From IMG/VR virus record IMGVR_UViG_3300037634_004692: DNA of 64,000 nt. The stretch is one strand, 5' to 3'. The notes beneath the pieces are model-generated. The model made no database searches, had not been told where the DNA came from, and was given only the letters and a program-made list of their open reading frames with translations. Both the position numbers and the translations under genes were made by a program. Shown piece after piece: positions 9,201-17,318 of the stretch (its first letter is position 1; each line of letters begins with the position of its first letter). This stretch comes from an uncultured virus (IMG/VR IMGVR_UViG_3300037634_004692). Taxonomy: Duplodnaviria > Heunggongvirae > Uroviricota > Caudoviricetes.

Positions 9201-12076
9201 TTACAACAGGTACTTATAATACAGCAGTTGGTGAACGTAGCTTAAATCAAAATACTGAGGGCAATGAAAACGTAGCTGTGGGTACTCATGCGCTGTACGG
9301 AAATACTGAGGGCAGCTACAACAGCGCAGTCGGACATCAGACACTTTATTCTAACACTACTGGTGAAAATAATGTGGCGTTTGGTAATAAAGCGCTAAAC
9401 TCAAATACCACAGGTAATAACAACACAGCCTCCGGTTTTCAATCTATGTTGTCCAACACAACTGGCAGTTACAACCTAGCTAGTGGGTATAGAGCTTTAT
9501 ATTCTAACACCACTGGCAGCTATAACACTGCGATTGGTTATCAGTCTTTAACGTCTAGCACCGCACAGTTTAACACTGCGATTGGTTATCAGTCTTTATC
9601 GTCTAGCACATCAGGTGCTAGCAATGCAGCCTTCGGTTTTAATGCCTTAAAATCTAACACTACTGGTCATCGGAACACCGCATGTGGTTATGAGACTCTA
9701 TGGGCTAACACAACAGGTACTAACAACACAGCATCTGGGTGGCGATCTCTACAGAACAACACCAATGGATATGATAACACAGCCACCGGCCATTTCTCTT
9801 TGAGGTCTAATACTTCTGGACGACTTATATCAGCTTTCGGACAGGAGAGTCTTCAGGCCAACACAACAGGTGAATTTAACTCAGGATTCGGTGCAGCTAG
9901 TTTAAAGAATCTAACTACAGGCTCCCACAACTTGGGTTTGGGTCGTAATGCTGGTTACTCAATCACCACAGGATCTAGTAATACAATTATAGGCAGCTTA
10001 AATGGCACATCAACAATGGCATCCACTGTCTTAATCGGTGCTGGTTCAACTGAACGTCTAAAGATCGACAGTACTGGACTCTATGTCAACGGATCATCTA
10101 CAGCTCTTGCTGGTGGTGCTACTGATATTGATGGTTTGAGTGATGGTAAGACTAACGGGTATGGTATTGGCCTTGGGGGTGGAGCACTCGAAAATATAAC
10201 TACGACTAACTCTAATATCGCTATTGGCCACAATGCCCAACACACGGCTACCTCAGCAGCAGGTAACGTCGCAATAGGTAACTCGGCAGCATACGCGAAT
10301 CTATATGGCGGCGCCAACGTTGCAATCGGAGATGAGTCTTTAAAAGACTGTACAGGTTCTGGTGGCGTATCAATAGGTTACGCAGCTTGTAGCAATTACG
10401 AAGGGGGTCATATAACTGGAGTGGGCAAAGTAGCCTTGCATGCTTGTACTACGGGGTACGGAAACACAGGCCTTGGCTATGAAGTTGGTCGCTACATTAC
10501 AACAGGTTCCGACAATACAACTGTGGGGTACCAAGCAGGTACAGCATTAACAACTGGTTCTAACAATACAATTATTGGTCGATTAAGTGGCGGCTCCGCA
10601 ACACTATCTGGCACAGTCTTAATCGGTGCTGGTACAACTGAACGTCTAAAGGTCGACTCCACAGGTCTGTACGTTAACGGATCATCCACCGCTTTAGCTG
10701 GTGGTGCTACTGATATTGATGGTTTAAGTGATGGTTATTACGATGGTAACTCAGTAGGACTAGGTTCTGGTGCTTTAGCTAATGATGATGGTACTAACAA
10801 TGCTAACGTAGCAGTGGGTGTAACTGCTTTAAATAATGCGACAACGGCACAGAACAACGCTGCTGTAGGTTATCAAGCCTTATATCAAACTACCACAGGC
10901 GAATCAAACTCTGCTGTAGGTGCACAAGCATTGCTCAGTAATACTACTGGAGGTTATGGTAGTGCGTTGGGATGGTATTCATTAAAGAATAACACAACGG
11001 GTTTTGAAAATACCTCTGTAGGCCAACAATCACTGCGCCTAAACACAACAGGTAGCTGGAATACCTCCGTTGGAGCTAACAACAACCGTAGTAACATTAC
11101 TGGAAATTACAATGCCAGCTTAGGTTATAAGGCTCTCTATTATAATACAGATTCTCAGAATAGTGCCTTCGGTACATATGCTAGTCGTAACAACTCAACA
11201 GGCACTAATAACACAACACTAGGGTATAACGCAGGTGAGGCAATTACCACGGGCGGTAGTAACACCGTCCTCGGTTCGTTGAGCGGCACATCAACAATGG
11301 CTAGTACAGTCTTAATAGGCGCTGGTACAACTGAACGTCTAAAGGTCAACTCTACAGGATTGTATATCAACGGGTCTGCTAAGAGATTATCTCTCGACTC
11401 ATCAGGTGGCGACATAGACGGTAATTTCATTGCAACAGGCGACATGGGCATAGGTGGTTCACCTGTTACGGGTGCTTCTGGTTCTACGACAACGCACATC
11501 AAGGGTACATCAAGTGGCGCTTATCTGCGACTAACCACAGACACAGCAGGACATACTGCTTCTGACGGCTTAGATATTCTCGTAGGTGGAGGTACTAACC
11601 CTGATGCGTATATATGGCATCGTGAAAGCGGGCCAATGAAATTTGGTACAAATAACGCAGAACGTATGGTCATCGACTCAATCGGTAATGTGGGTATTGG
11701 TACTGGTGCTACATCACTCTCAGAAAAACTTGAAGTATCTGGCACTGTTAAAGCTACAGCATTCGTAGGTGATGGTAGTGGTCTTACTGGTATCTCCCCA
11801 CCATTGCCCTTGGTGAAAACAACCAACTACACAGCTACATCAGGTGACATTGTTGTTGCTGGTGCTGGCGGTATCACCATTACATTACCAAGTTCTCCTT
11901 CCGTGGGTGACTCCGTTATTGTAAAGGATGGTACGGGGGCAGTATCCACTACATCATTCACAGTTGCCCGTAATGGTTCAAACATAGCCTCATCTGGTTC
12001 TGATTTAACATTTGACCAAGACTGGAAAGAAATCCGCATGGTTTATATTAATTCGACAATTGGATGGAGTGTATAA
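3239..12076 (+). CDS. Giant modular long tail fibre (2945 aa)
   Basis: GGAG RBS with GTG start. TDDLSEGSTNLYYT repeats, six beta-roll modules of about 17-aa NTAxGxxSLxxNTTG repeats, and a C-terminal ITLPSSPSVGD...GW domain of T4-like fibres. Confidence 0.9.
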   Translation: MAFKIINNEVITDGSVLTNTTIDTSNVLDNVFTITDGLNSTQVNRGDTVTFVGSGSTTVTESSGIVTINTSVISSEDIQDAVALLFEHSNHTNITATYDDPGNEIILVAPTNISTFINDAGYLATSGGTMTGTLTLYGDPTTNNEAATKIYVDNAVSSGSSSLNSDDITEGSTNLYYTDSRARSSISATGDISYNPTTGVISFTERTDAEVRGLISHVDNGGDGSLSYNSTNGVITYTGPSTTEVRAHFTGGTGVTITSGSIDIGQEVSTSSDVTFNDVQVSGDLTVSGTTTTVNTETINLADNIILLNSNATGSATENSGIEIERGSDANKTLIWDETTDKWTVGSETFVAATFEGNLTGTVSDISNHDTDDLSEGSTNLYYTTTRANTDFDTRLATKDTDNLSEGSTNQYYTDSRARSSISASGDLSYNSTTGEISFTASGSPVTSVNTQTGSVVLDTDDIAEGSTNLYYTTTRANSAIDTRVNKAFVDALNIQAASVDTNSVALGTDTTGNYMSGISGTANQIQVTHTPAEGSSATIGLTDDVTISNDLVVSGDLTVNGTTTTVLSSSTRINENLLYLNEGGEATITNAVGNGSTVTYTADNTFSIGYTVDITGISPTSFNVTDATITAADSTSFTISSTVTDTYVSGGEAHGHAHVNVDLGWAGAYDDGTYHHAGFFRDASDGRFKAFDSYVPEPSDSINIDTNHASFALANIQADTFIGDLTGTVSDISNHDTDNLTEGSTNLYYTTTRANTDFDTRLATKDTDNLSEGSTNLYYTDSRARSSISASGDLSYNSTTGEISFTASGSPVTSVNTQTGSVVLDTDDIAEGSTNLYYTTTRANSAIDTRVNKAFVDALNIQAASVDTNSVALGTDTTGNYMSGISGTANQIQVTHTPAEGSSATIGLTDDVTISNDLVVSGDLTVSGTTTTVNTETINLADNIILLNSNATGTPSENSGIEVERGSSTNVDLRFNESNDRWQFTNDGSTHYNIPVPSEYTSYTHPTHPGDDFSVDTGALTGATVVSDIDINVTTDTLGHVTDANGTVSTRTITAANVGALPITGGELTGDLGIGEDEDNFYTKLVVGDLAGADEGIQIASSTTGKGSLLFADGGGYVGGGSTPNFTQYRGWLRYDHNTDKMDIATAGGPRLTIDSSGNTTITGIMTANGTSSSSAPKYTFNGDNNTGLGYIGSDAVGLIAGGSRKFYVSGTTAYFQNLSGGVDISGDLTVSGTVDGRDVSVDGAKLDTIDTNANYYIHPTHPGDDIDIDTTPLTGATVISDLDFNVTTDTLGHVTDANGIVQTRTLTLADLGYTGVTGADNYGGWDLWVEGTDRGVISSSENVKFVGGTNVSLSYSTTGDNTITINSTGGSGGATELDDLSDAQTGTGTNCIGIGNGAQDSITSGNASIAIGAYAQANQTNVGTANNTLGYLSMANATGNYNNAFGYFAMKGTTTGNSNSAFGHSALSGSGAKTGNSAFGSNALIDVTTGEYNIGIGYEAGDDITTGSNNTIIGRLAGSTSLSSTVLIGAGDTERLKINSTGLYVNGSATPLTNYSLPLATDYTRGGIELFSDTDQTVAANSVTTTAGRTYGIQLNSNDQAVVNVPWTDTGATSLNDLDDATDTVGASFNLGIGNNALELLTGGSYNLAVGTSAMQNVTGGSSNCAVGQLALTDSSGNYNTAVGRSAAKDLSGGNENVAIGYNALYTSGSKSKNAAVGTNSLLSLTTGEYNIGLGNDAGEDITTGSNNTVIGTLAGSSSLSSTVLIGAGSTERLKIDSTGLYVNGSTTALEGGATSIDDLSDARSFLSLASYGLGGDALNASMTGGANTAVGGGTLTQITSGYNNTAVGVSALRLNTTGTDSTGLGQQALYDQTTGHGNTAVGKESLSGVTTGQNNIGIGKKAGELITTGENNTVIGDLNGTSTMTSTVLIGAGITERLKIDHTGLYVNGSTTALVGGASDIDGLSDATSYGTFNNGLGAFSLTSLTTGTYNTAVGERSLNQNTEGNENVAVGTHALYGNTEGSYNSAVGHQTLYSNTTGENNVAFGNKALNSNTTGNNNTASGFQSMLSNTTGSYNLASGYRALYSNTTGSYNTAIGYQSLTSSTAQFNTAIGYQSLSSSTSGASNAAFGFNALKSNTTGHRNTACGYETLWANTTGTNNTASGWRSLQNNTNGYDNTATGHFSLRSNTSGRLISAFGQESLQANTTGEFNSGFGAASLKNLTTGSHNLGLGRNAGYSITTGSSNTIIGSLNGTSTMASTVLIGAGSTERLKIDSTGLYVNGSSTALAGGATDIDGLSDGKTNGYGIGLGGGALENITTTNSNIAIGHNAQHTATSAAGNVAIGNSAAYANLYGGANVAIGDESLKDCTGSGGVSIGYAACSNYEGGHITGVGKVALHACTTGYGNTGLGYEVGRYITTGSDNTTVGYQAGTALTTGSNNTIIGRLSGGSATLSGTVLIGAGTTERLKVDSTGLYVNGSSTALAGGATDIDGLSDGYYDGNSVGLGSGALANDDGTNNANVAVGVTALNNATTAQNNAAVGYQALYQTTTGESNSAVGAQALLSNTTGGYGSALGWYSLKNNTTGFENTSVGQQSLRLNTTGSWNTSVGANNNRSNITGNYNASLGYKALYYNTDSQNSAFGTYASRNNSTGTNNTTLGYNAGEAITTGGSNTVLGSLSGTSTMASTVLIGAGTTERLKVNSTGLYINGSAKRLSLDSSGGDIDGNFIATGDMGIGGSPVTGASGSTTTHIKGTSSGAYLRLTTDTAGHTASDGLDILVGGGTNPDAYIWHRESGPMKFGTNNAERMVIDSIGNVGIGTGATSLSEKLEVSGTVKATAFVGDGSGLTGISPPLPLVKTTNYTATSGDIVVAGAGGITITLPSSPSVGDSVIVKDGTGAVSTTSFTVARNGSNIASSGSDLTFDQDWKEIRMVYINSTIGWSV
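4311..6093 (+). repeat. In-frame internal duplications in the fibre gene: about 4311-4909 / 5412-6010 (offset 1101) and 4091-4173 / 6011-6093
   Basis: Near-identical DNA read directly; both offsets are multiples of 3. Confidence 0.92.
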
Positions 12077-13590
12077 TGACTAATTTAAGTGATTTAGTAT
12101 CAAACTCATCAAGCCATACCGCTGACATTACCGCTACTGGCACGTTGCCTAATGGCGCATCAGTTATTCTTAAAGCAGACGGTACGATCGAAGCTGTTGA
12201 TGCGGTTCTTACATCGATACCGGCAAGTATTCCTGCTGGTAATGAGACTGTATTTTACTCAGAGGATGCCGAATACACCTCAATATCCTTTGACCCTAAT
12301 AATGCTGGCAAGTTTGTGGTTTGTTATCAGGATGATACTAATTCTGGTTACGGCACAGCTATTGTCGGTACTGTTTCAGGTACGAGTATTAGCTTTGGTT
12401 CAGAGTATGTATTCAACTCAAATGATACCTACTACCCCGTAGTATCCTTTGACCCTAATCTTGCTGGTAAGTTTGTAGTTTGTTATAGGGATCATAATAA
12501 TTCTGGTTACGGCATGGCGATTGTCGGTACTGTCTCAGGTACGAGTATTAGCTTTGGTTCTGCGGCGGCATTTAGCTCAACGAGTTGCGGCGACATCTCA
12601 ATATCCTTTGACCCTAATAATGCTGGCAAGTTTGTAGTTTGTTATAGGGATGGTACTAATTCTGGTTATGGCACAGCTATTGTCGGTACTGTTTCAGGTA
12701 CGAGTATTAGCTTTGGTTCTGCGGCGGTATTTAACTCAGGGATTACCTACTACACCTCAGTAGCCTTTGACCCTAATAATGCTGGTAAATTCGTAGTTTG
12801 CTATAGAGATTTTAGTAATTCCCATTATGGTACAGCTTGTGTAGGTACTGTTTCAGGTACGAGTATTAGTTTTGGTTCAGAGGTGATTTTTCAAACAAGC
12901 AATTGGTGGTCAACCACCAACAATGCAGTAGCCTTTGACCCGAACACAGCTGGTAAATTCGTTGTTTGTTGTGCAGACACTGGTGATGGTTATTACGGCA
13001 AGATATATGTAGGCACCATATCTGGTACGTCGATCACCTTTGGTTCTCAAATTTTATTTAACGGGTCTAATAATGCCACTCACATGTCAGTAGCCTTTAA
13101 CCCTGACACTGCGAACGAGCTTGTAGTTTGTTATAAGGATGGCGGTAATAGCAGTTACGGTACAGTTATTGTCGGTACAGTTTCAGGTACAAGCATCAGC
13201 TTTGGCTCAGAGTTTATATTTAACGCAGCCGCTAGTGATAATAACTTTGTATTCTTTGACCCAAGCACGGCTGGACAGTTTGTGGTTTGTTATAAGGATT
13301 ATGGTAATTCCAATTACGGCACAGCGATTGTTGGGCAGCTCGATGCGCAAGCCGTCGCCACCAATCTCACCTCAGATAATTTTATTGGTGTATCCACGGA
13401 CGCATATGTAGACGGAGAAACAGCAACTATTACGCTGCCAGGCGGTGTCTCTACCAATCAATCAGGACTAACGGCTGGTTCAACCTACTATGTTCAGGCT
13501 GATGGCACATTAGCTACAACGCCAAGTGACCCTAGTGTCGAGGTTGGCAAAGCCGTCACACCTACTACCTTATTATTAAAGGGGCTATAA
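12076..13590 (+). CDS. Putative fibre-tip adhesin, 7-bladed beta-propeller (paralog A)
   Basis: TAATG coupling at 12074-12078; seven repeats of about 53 aa, FDPNxAGKFVVCYxDxxNSxYGTAIVGTVSGTSISFGSE. Confidence 0.8.
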   Translation: MTNLSDLVSNSSSHTADITATGTLPNGASVILKADGTIEAVDAVLTSIPASIPAGNETVFYSEDAEYTSISFDPNNAGKFVVCYQDDTNSGYGTAIVGTVSGTSISFGSEYVFNSNDTYYPVVSFDPNLAGKFVVCYRDHNNSGYGMAIVGTVSGTSISFGSAAAFSSTSCGDISISFDPNNAGKFVVCYRDGTNSGYGTAIVGTVSGTSISFGSAAVFNSGITYYTSVAFDPNNAGKFVVCYRDFSNSHYGTACVGTVSGTSISFGSEVIFQTSNWWSTTNNAVAFDPNTAGKFVVCCADTGDGYYGKIYVGTISGTSITFGSQILFNGSNNATHMSVAFNPDTANELVVCYKDGGNSSYGTVIVGTVSGTSISFGSEFIFNAAASDNNFVFFDPSTAGQFVVCYKDYGNSNYGTAIVGQLDAQAVATNLTSDNFIGVSTDAYVDGETATITLPGGVSTNQSGLTAGSTYYVQADGTLATTPSDPSVEVGKAVTPTTLLLKGL

Positions 13591-13592
13591 CT

Positions 13593-13702
13593 ATGACTGC
13601 TTATGTTTTGCTGATGGCAGGTTTTCTGCCACGCTGTCATTGGACTCTACACTATATGAGTGGAGCGGTAGTGCATGGGATGTTGTGGAGCTCAACATTT
13701 AA
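13593..13702 (+). pseudogene. Frameshifted relic of the 5' end of another structural gene
   Basis: ATG ACT GCT TAT GTT, then after a frameshift FADGRFSATLSLDSTLYEWSGSAWDVVELNI-stop; YxWxGxAW is a fibre-type motif. Confidence 0.4.
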
Positions 13703-13826
13703 GTTGGTAGAGTATTCAGGCGATGCTAAATACGAAGTATACGACGAAGGCATATTATTTAAGAATGCCGACGAGGCACTAAGCCAACGCAATAATCATA
13801 CACAACTAAACTATAGGAGCTAAAAA

Positions 13827-14051
13827 ATGAATGAAGTAGAAGTAACAGTAGAAGAAATCGCACAACACTACAGCGCACTTGGCGACAGTGTTGATCTTAT
13901 CAACGAATACAGGGTGAGTCCTCCAGATGACTTAACAGATGAAGAAGTTGCAGATGCGATTGATCGCAATGTACGCCACATCGAAATTATGCTGGAAAAG
14001 GACTTTTGGACTAACGAAGATTTGTCAGCAGCCCAAGCTGCGGTTGTATAA
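13827..14051 (+). CDS. Small acidic fibre-associated hypothetical protein
   Basis: AGGAG RBS; 74 aa; lies downstream of the adhesin. Confidence 0.75.
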   Translation: MNEVEVTVEEIAQHYSALGDSVDLINEYRVSPPDDLTDEEVADAIDRNVRHIEIMLEKDFWTNEDLSAAQAAVV

Positions 14052-14305
14052 TGCTTGACCCTAAGGCTGAAGTCAAAACTACACACCTTAAACCAGTAAG
14101 CCCCTTTAACGAGGAAGTAATAACAAACATTTAATGTTTGGACTACTGTAGACAACGGTGTTCGTTTTGGTCGATATTGCCTAAAAGGTGTGCTCCAAGG
14201 AAAGGAGTTAGGCGAGAAATATGCTGACGACGTTGAAATGTTGAACAAGATTAATGATTTTGAATGGTTGCGCTTGTAATTTAGAGTTAAGGATGACTAG
14301 CACAC

Positions 14306-14764
14306 TTATAGTGTATTAATCCAGCAACCACTATCGCAAGCGCCATCACAATTTTTATATATTGTTTTTATCTTTTTAATTACAGATTTATTAAATAATT
14401 GTGCCTTGGCGCCTGGATGCAACGGCCTTGGCCAATTGTTTATGTTTACCCAGCAATAACCATTACTTTCGTTATTTAACACTGGAATAAATTCTTCAAA
14501 AATAGTAACGACGAACGTATTATAAGTAAAATTTTTATCTGGACTTATAAAGTTATTTAATGGATATACCTTTTCAACGTCTGGTAATATTCCTACTTCT
14601 TCATTTAATTCTCGAAGTAATGTTTCAATAGGACGTTCGTTTTCCTCTCCTTTCCCGCCAAAAAATCCCCATGTACGTGGATGGCTACTTTTATTACTTC
14701 GTTGTTGTAACATAATGCGACCAGTGTCCAAAGCTAAAAATACACACCCGCTTGCTTGAATCAT
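14306..14764 (-). CDS. Nudix hydrolase
   Basis: Nudix box GKGEENERPIETLLRELNEEVG. Confidence 0.92.
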   Translation of the reverse strand: MIQASGCVFLALDTGRIMLQQRSNKSSHPRTWGFFGGKGEENERPIETLLRELNEEVGILPDVEKVYPLNNFISPDKNFTYNTFVVTIFEEFIPVLNNESNGYCWVNINNWPRPLHPGAKAQLFNKSVIKKIKTIYKNCDGACDSGCWINTL

Positions 14765-14788
14765 AAAACTATTCCGTAGTATTGTTTA

Positions 14789-16138
14789 TTAAAGATATAA
14801 TCTCCAAAAACCTTCATTATAAATTCCTTCGTGACTGTTTGTCCATTGGGTACCATCCCACGCAAACTGGTCATTGGTGCTAAGATTAATCATATATTGG
14901 CTACCTGAAGTCGAACTATCAAAACTAACAATCCAATCAGCGCCATTATATTCAATAATATCATTAGCCTTAGCAACTACTGATCCCCAAGCCCCAGCAG
15001 TATCTTCAATTATAAGATAACGTTGACCAGTTTGCACTGGATCAATAATACCGTCTCCTGGAAAATTCACTAATGGATTTAGAATACCAGTTATTGGACT
15101 CAATGTATTTGCTGGTAATGTATCAGTATCAATATCGACAAGCAATGCATTAGGATTAGTATCATCAATACTTAATCGTCCAATAACATCGTCTGATGTA
15201 TCGCCAGGGTCACTATTTTTTCGTAACCGAATTTGACTAATTCCTTCTCTTAAAGCACCAAATGGTTTTAGTACTTCGCTCCATATTAATTGATCTCCGT
15301 CACTATCCAAATCATTACCACTTTCAGATAAAATATAAGCTTTACCATCTAGATATTTTACTTTTCTATTTTCTAATGTAACTATAATATACTCTAAAGT
15401 GCTAGTATTAAATGGTTCATTATTTCTAAAAGCATCCAAGTCATCATCATCTAAATTATATAATTGATTTAGAATGGTATGAATAATTCGTTGTTGTTTA
15501 ACTTTTGCTGGTGGATTAATAAATGCTGGCATTTGGAATGTTAATGTTGATACATCAATAATATCGTCAACACTACTACCAACACTGCGGCTACTCCAGA
15601 TACTATTTGTCATTTCAACATATGCTAATGCACTCCAATCATATGGGTTGCTTGATGTTCTGACATTAAGTGTTGGATTAAATAAAACCATAATTTGCTC
15701 AATCAATTGTAATTTCTGATCAGTATTTGAAGTCCATATATCACAATTCATAGTTATGTTATATGGAACAGGCATATGGCGTTCAATGGTATATGTATTA
15801 CCAACTTCATCTAAATATTCACCAGTTGATATGTCTTGTTTCTTTTCGTATACTTGTACTTTGTCTACATGCTCTGGGCTAACTCTGCGCTCAGGCGCCA
15901 TTGAGAAATCTGTCACATAACAACTAATAAATGGAACAGTGTTAATAATGTTTTCACTATTTTCTCGTTGAATGTGGGCAGCCATACGGTTAATATCACC
16001 ATACCGAACTGGTACTTCCAAAAACGTTGGAAGCTTATCATCGTTAACGCCCATTTGTACAGTAAATCCACTAAAAAGTCGTATAAACTGTTGAATGTAT
16101 CTTCTAATTTGCTTATCGTAAAAATATTGTTGTGTCAT
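14789..16138 (-). CDS. gp15: Tail sheath stabiliser / tail terminator (T4 gp15-like) with C-terminal extension
   Basis: YFYDKQIRRY, VPVRYG, PVPYNI and QLIEQIMVLFNP motifs; adjacent to the gp14-like gene. Confidence 0.75.
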   Translation of the reverse strand: MTQQYFYDKQIRRYIQQFIRLFSGFTVQMGVNDDKLPTFLEVPVRYGDINRMAAHIQRENSENIINTVPFISCYVTDFSMAPERRVSPEHVDKVQVYEKKQDISTGEYLDEVGNTYTIERHMPVPYNITMNCDIWTSNTDQKLQLIEQIMVLFNPTLNVRTSSNPYDWSALAYVEMTNSIWSSRSVGSSVDDIIDVSTLTFQMPAFINPPAKVKQQRIIHTILNQLYNLDDDDLDAFRNNEPFNTSTLEYIIVTLENRKVKYLDGKAYILSESGNDLDSDGDQLIWSEVLKPFGALREGISQIRLRKNSDPGDTSDDVIGRLSIDDTNPNALLVDIDTDTLPANTLSPITGILNPLVNFPGDGIIDPVQTGQRYLIIEDTAGAWGSVVAKANDIIEYNGADWIVSFDSSTSGSQYMINLSTNDQFAWDGTQWTNSHEGIYNEGFWRLYL

Positions 16139-17205
16139 TATTCAAAATCACTCTTTGGTTTAATTACTTGGCTTATTGGTTGACGTTCAGCTATTTCTTG
16201 ATTATTTACAACTGACGTATTTTCATTGTCAATGAATTGACTTGCATTATATGTGCGATCACTCCAAGTTGTATCATTAATATTATCATAAAGTCTGTGC
16301 CATCTACTACCACGGAATGCAAATAATCTATTAGGAGTAAAATCAGTGCGTACAAAGTAATCTCCGTCATTTGGCTCTTGTGGGAATTGATCGCCACTTG
16401 CTAACGTTTCACCGTGATCATATTCCTTAGTTTGGTCTTCTTGACCAAATAAATGATCTACCAACGGGATACCTAATGGATCAGCTTCCTCAGCAGCTTT
16501 GACTACTGCCTTACTAATATTAATTTCTGTTTTATAGCTACTGAGCTTGTTCTTTAAACTATCTGGATCTTCAGCAGTACCAAGTATATCTGCGTATTCT
16601 TGTGTATCAGTTAATGGTGAAACTTTAACTCGCCAAATATGTGAATACCAAGTTTGGCTAAATCCTTCGCTACCACGGTTGGCATCAGTTACTACATAAA
16701 ATTTATTTACTGATTCTTTTTCATGACTTAATAACAAATCATCACGCAAATGCGGCAATTCAAAAACATCACCTGGCATAATTTTACGCCCTAATTTTTC
16801 TACCATGTCATTAGTATGAAATGTAATAAAGAGCGTATCATTAGTTAAGAATAAGCCAAATTGACTTAAATCAAAATCGTTGTCACTAACATTATATACA
16901 CCACGTAAATCATAAATGTCTGGATCATATTTACGATCGCGGTTTTCCATAAACAACAAGTCTTGTATTTTTGTTTCATCAATCCATCCTTCGGGATTGA
17001 TTTCTTCACCAGTGGAATAATCAATTTCGTCACCACTGCCATAATTTGGCTCACTAGGGTCATCACTATGCCCGGCCTCTTTGGGACCAAGGTATTTGTG
17101 GATATGGATAGCAGTTCCACCAATATCAAACTGTTCACGAATGTTTCTATCCATGAATTTAAAATCATTGCCCTTAAAAGGCTTGTAAAGACTAAGTCGT
17201 GGCAT
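16138..17205 (-). CDS. gp14: Neck / head-closure protein (T4 gp14-like)
   Basis: DLLFMENRDRKY, LSQFGLFL and GDVFELPH motifs; synteny. Confidence 0.7.
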   Translation of the reverse strand: MPRLSLYKPFKGNDFKFMDRNIREQFDIGGTAIHIHKYLGPKEAGHSDDPSEPNYGSGDEIDYSTGEEINPEGWIDETKIQDLLFMENRDRKYDPDIYDLRGVYNVSDNDFDLSQFGLFLTNDTLFITFHTNDMVEKLGRKIMPGDVFELPHLRDDLLLSHEKESVNKFYVVTDANRGSEGFSQTWYSHIWRVKVSPLTDTQEYADILGTAEDPDSLKNKLSSYKTEINISKAVVKAAEEADPLGIPLVDHLFGQEDQTKEYDHGETLASGDQFPQEPNDGDYFVRTDFTPNRLFAFRGSRWHRLYDNINDTTWSDRTYNASQFIDNENTSVVNNQEIAERQPISQVIKPKSDFE

Positions 17206-17235
17206 ATTTTTTTCCTTATATATTGTATTTAGCTA

Positions 17236-17264
17236 TTGACAAAGGTTTTAAAGTGTATTATTAT
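17236..17264 (+). promoter_or_regulatory. Sigma70-type promoter
   Basis: TTGACA-17-TATTAT. Confidence 0.75.
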
Positions 17265-17318
17265 AGTAACTATAGAAGATATACTAAATAACATTTGAAT
17301 TTGTTTAGGAGAAATACC

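Noticed and set aside
200..12039. Many minus-strand ORFs of 65-115 aa opposite the fibre genes, and similar ones elsewhere
   Set aside because: Antisense shadows of Thr/Gly/Asn-rich coding frames, with no RBS or motifs.
12241..13340. Regularly spaced repeats resembling a CRISPR array
   Set aside because: The period is 159 bp, in frame and protein-coding; there is no repeat-spacer structure and no cas gene.
13593..13823. 76-aa ORF as a real gene
   Set aside because: The protein-like signal switches frame after five codons, so a relic is the better explanation.
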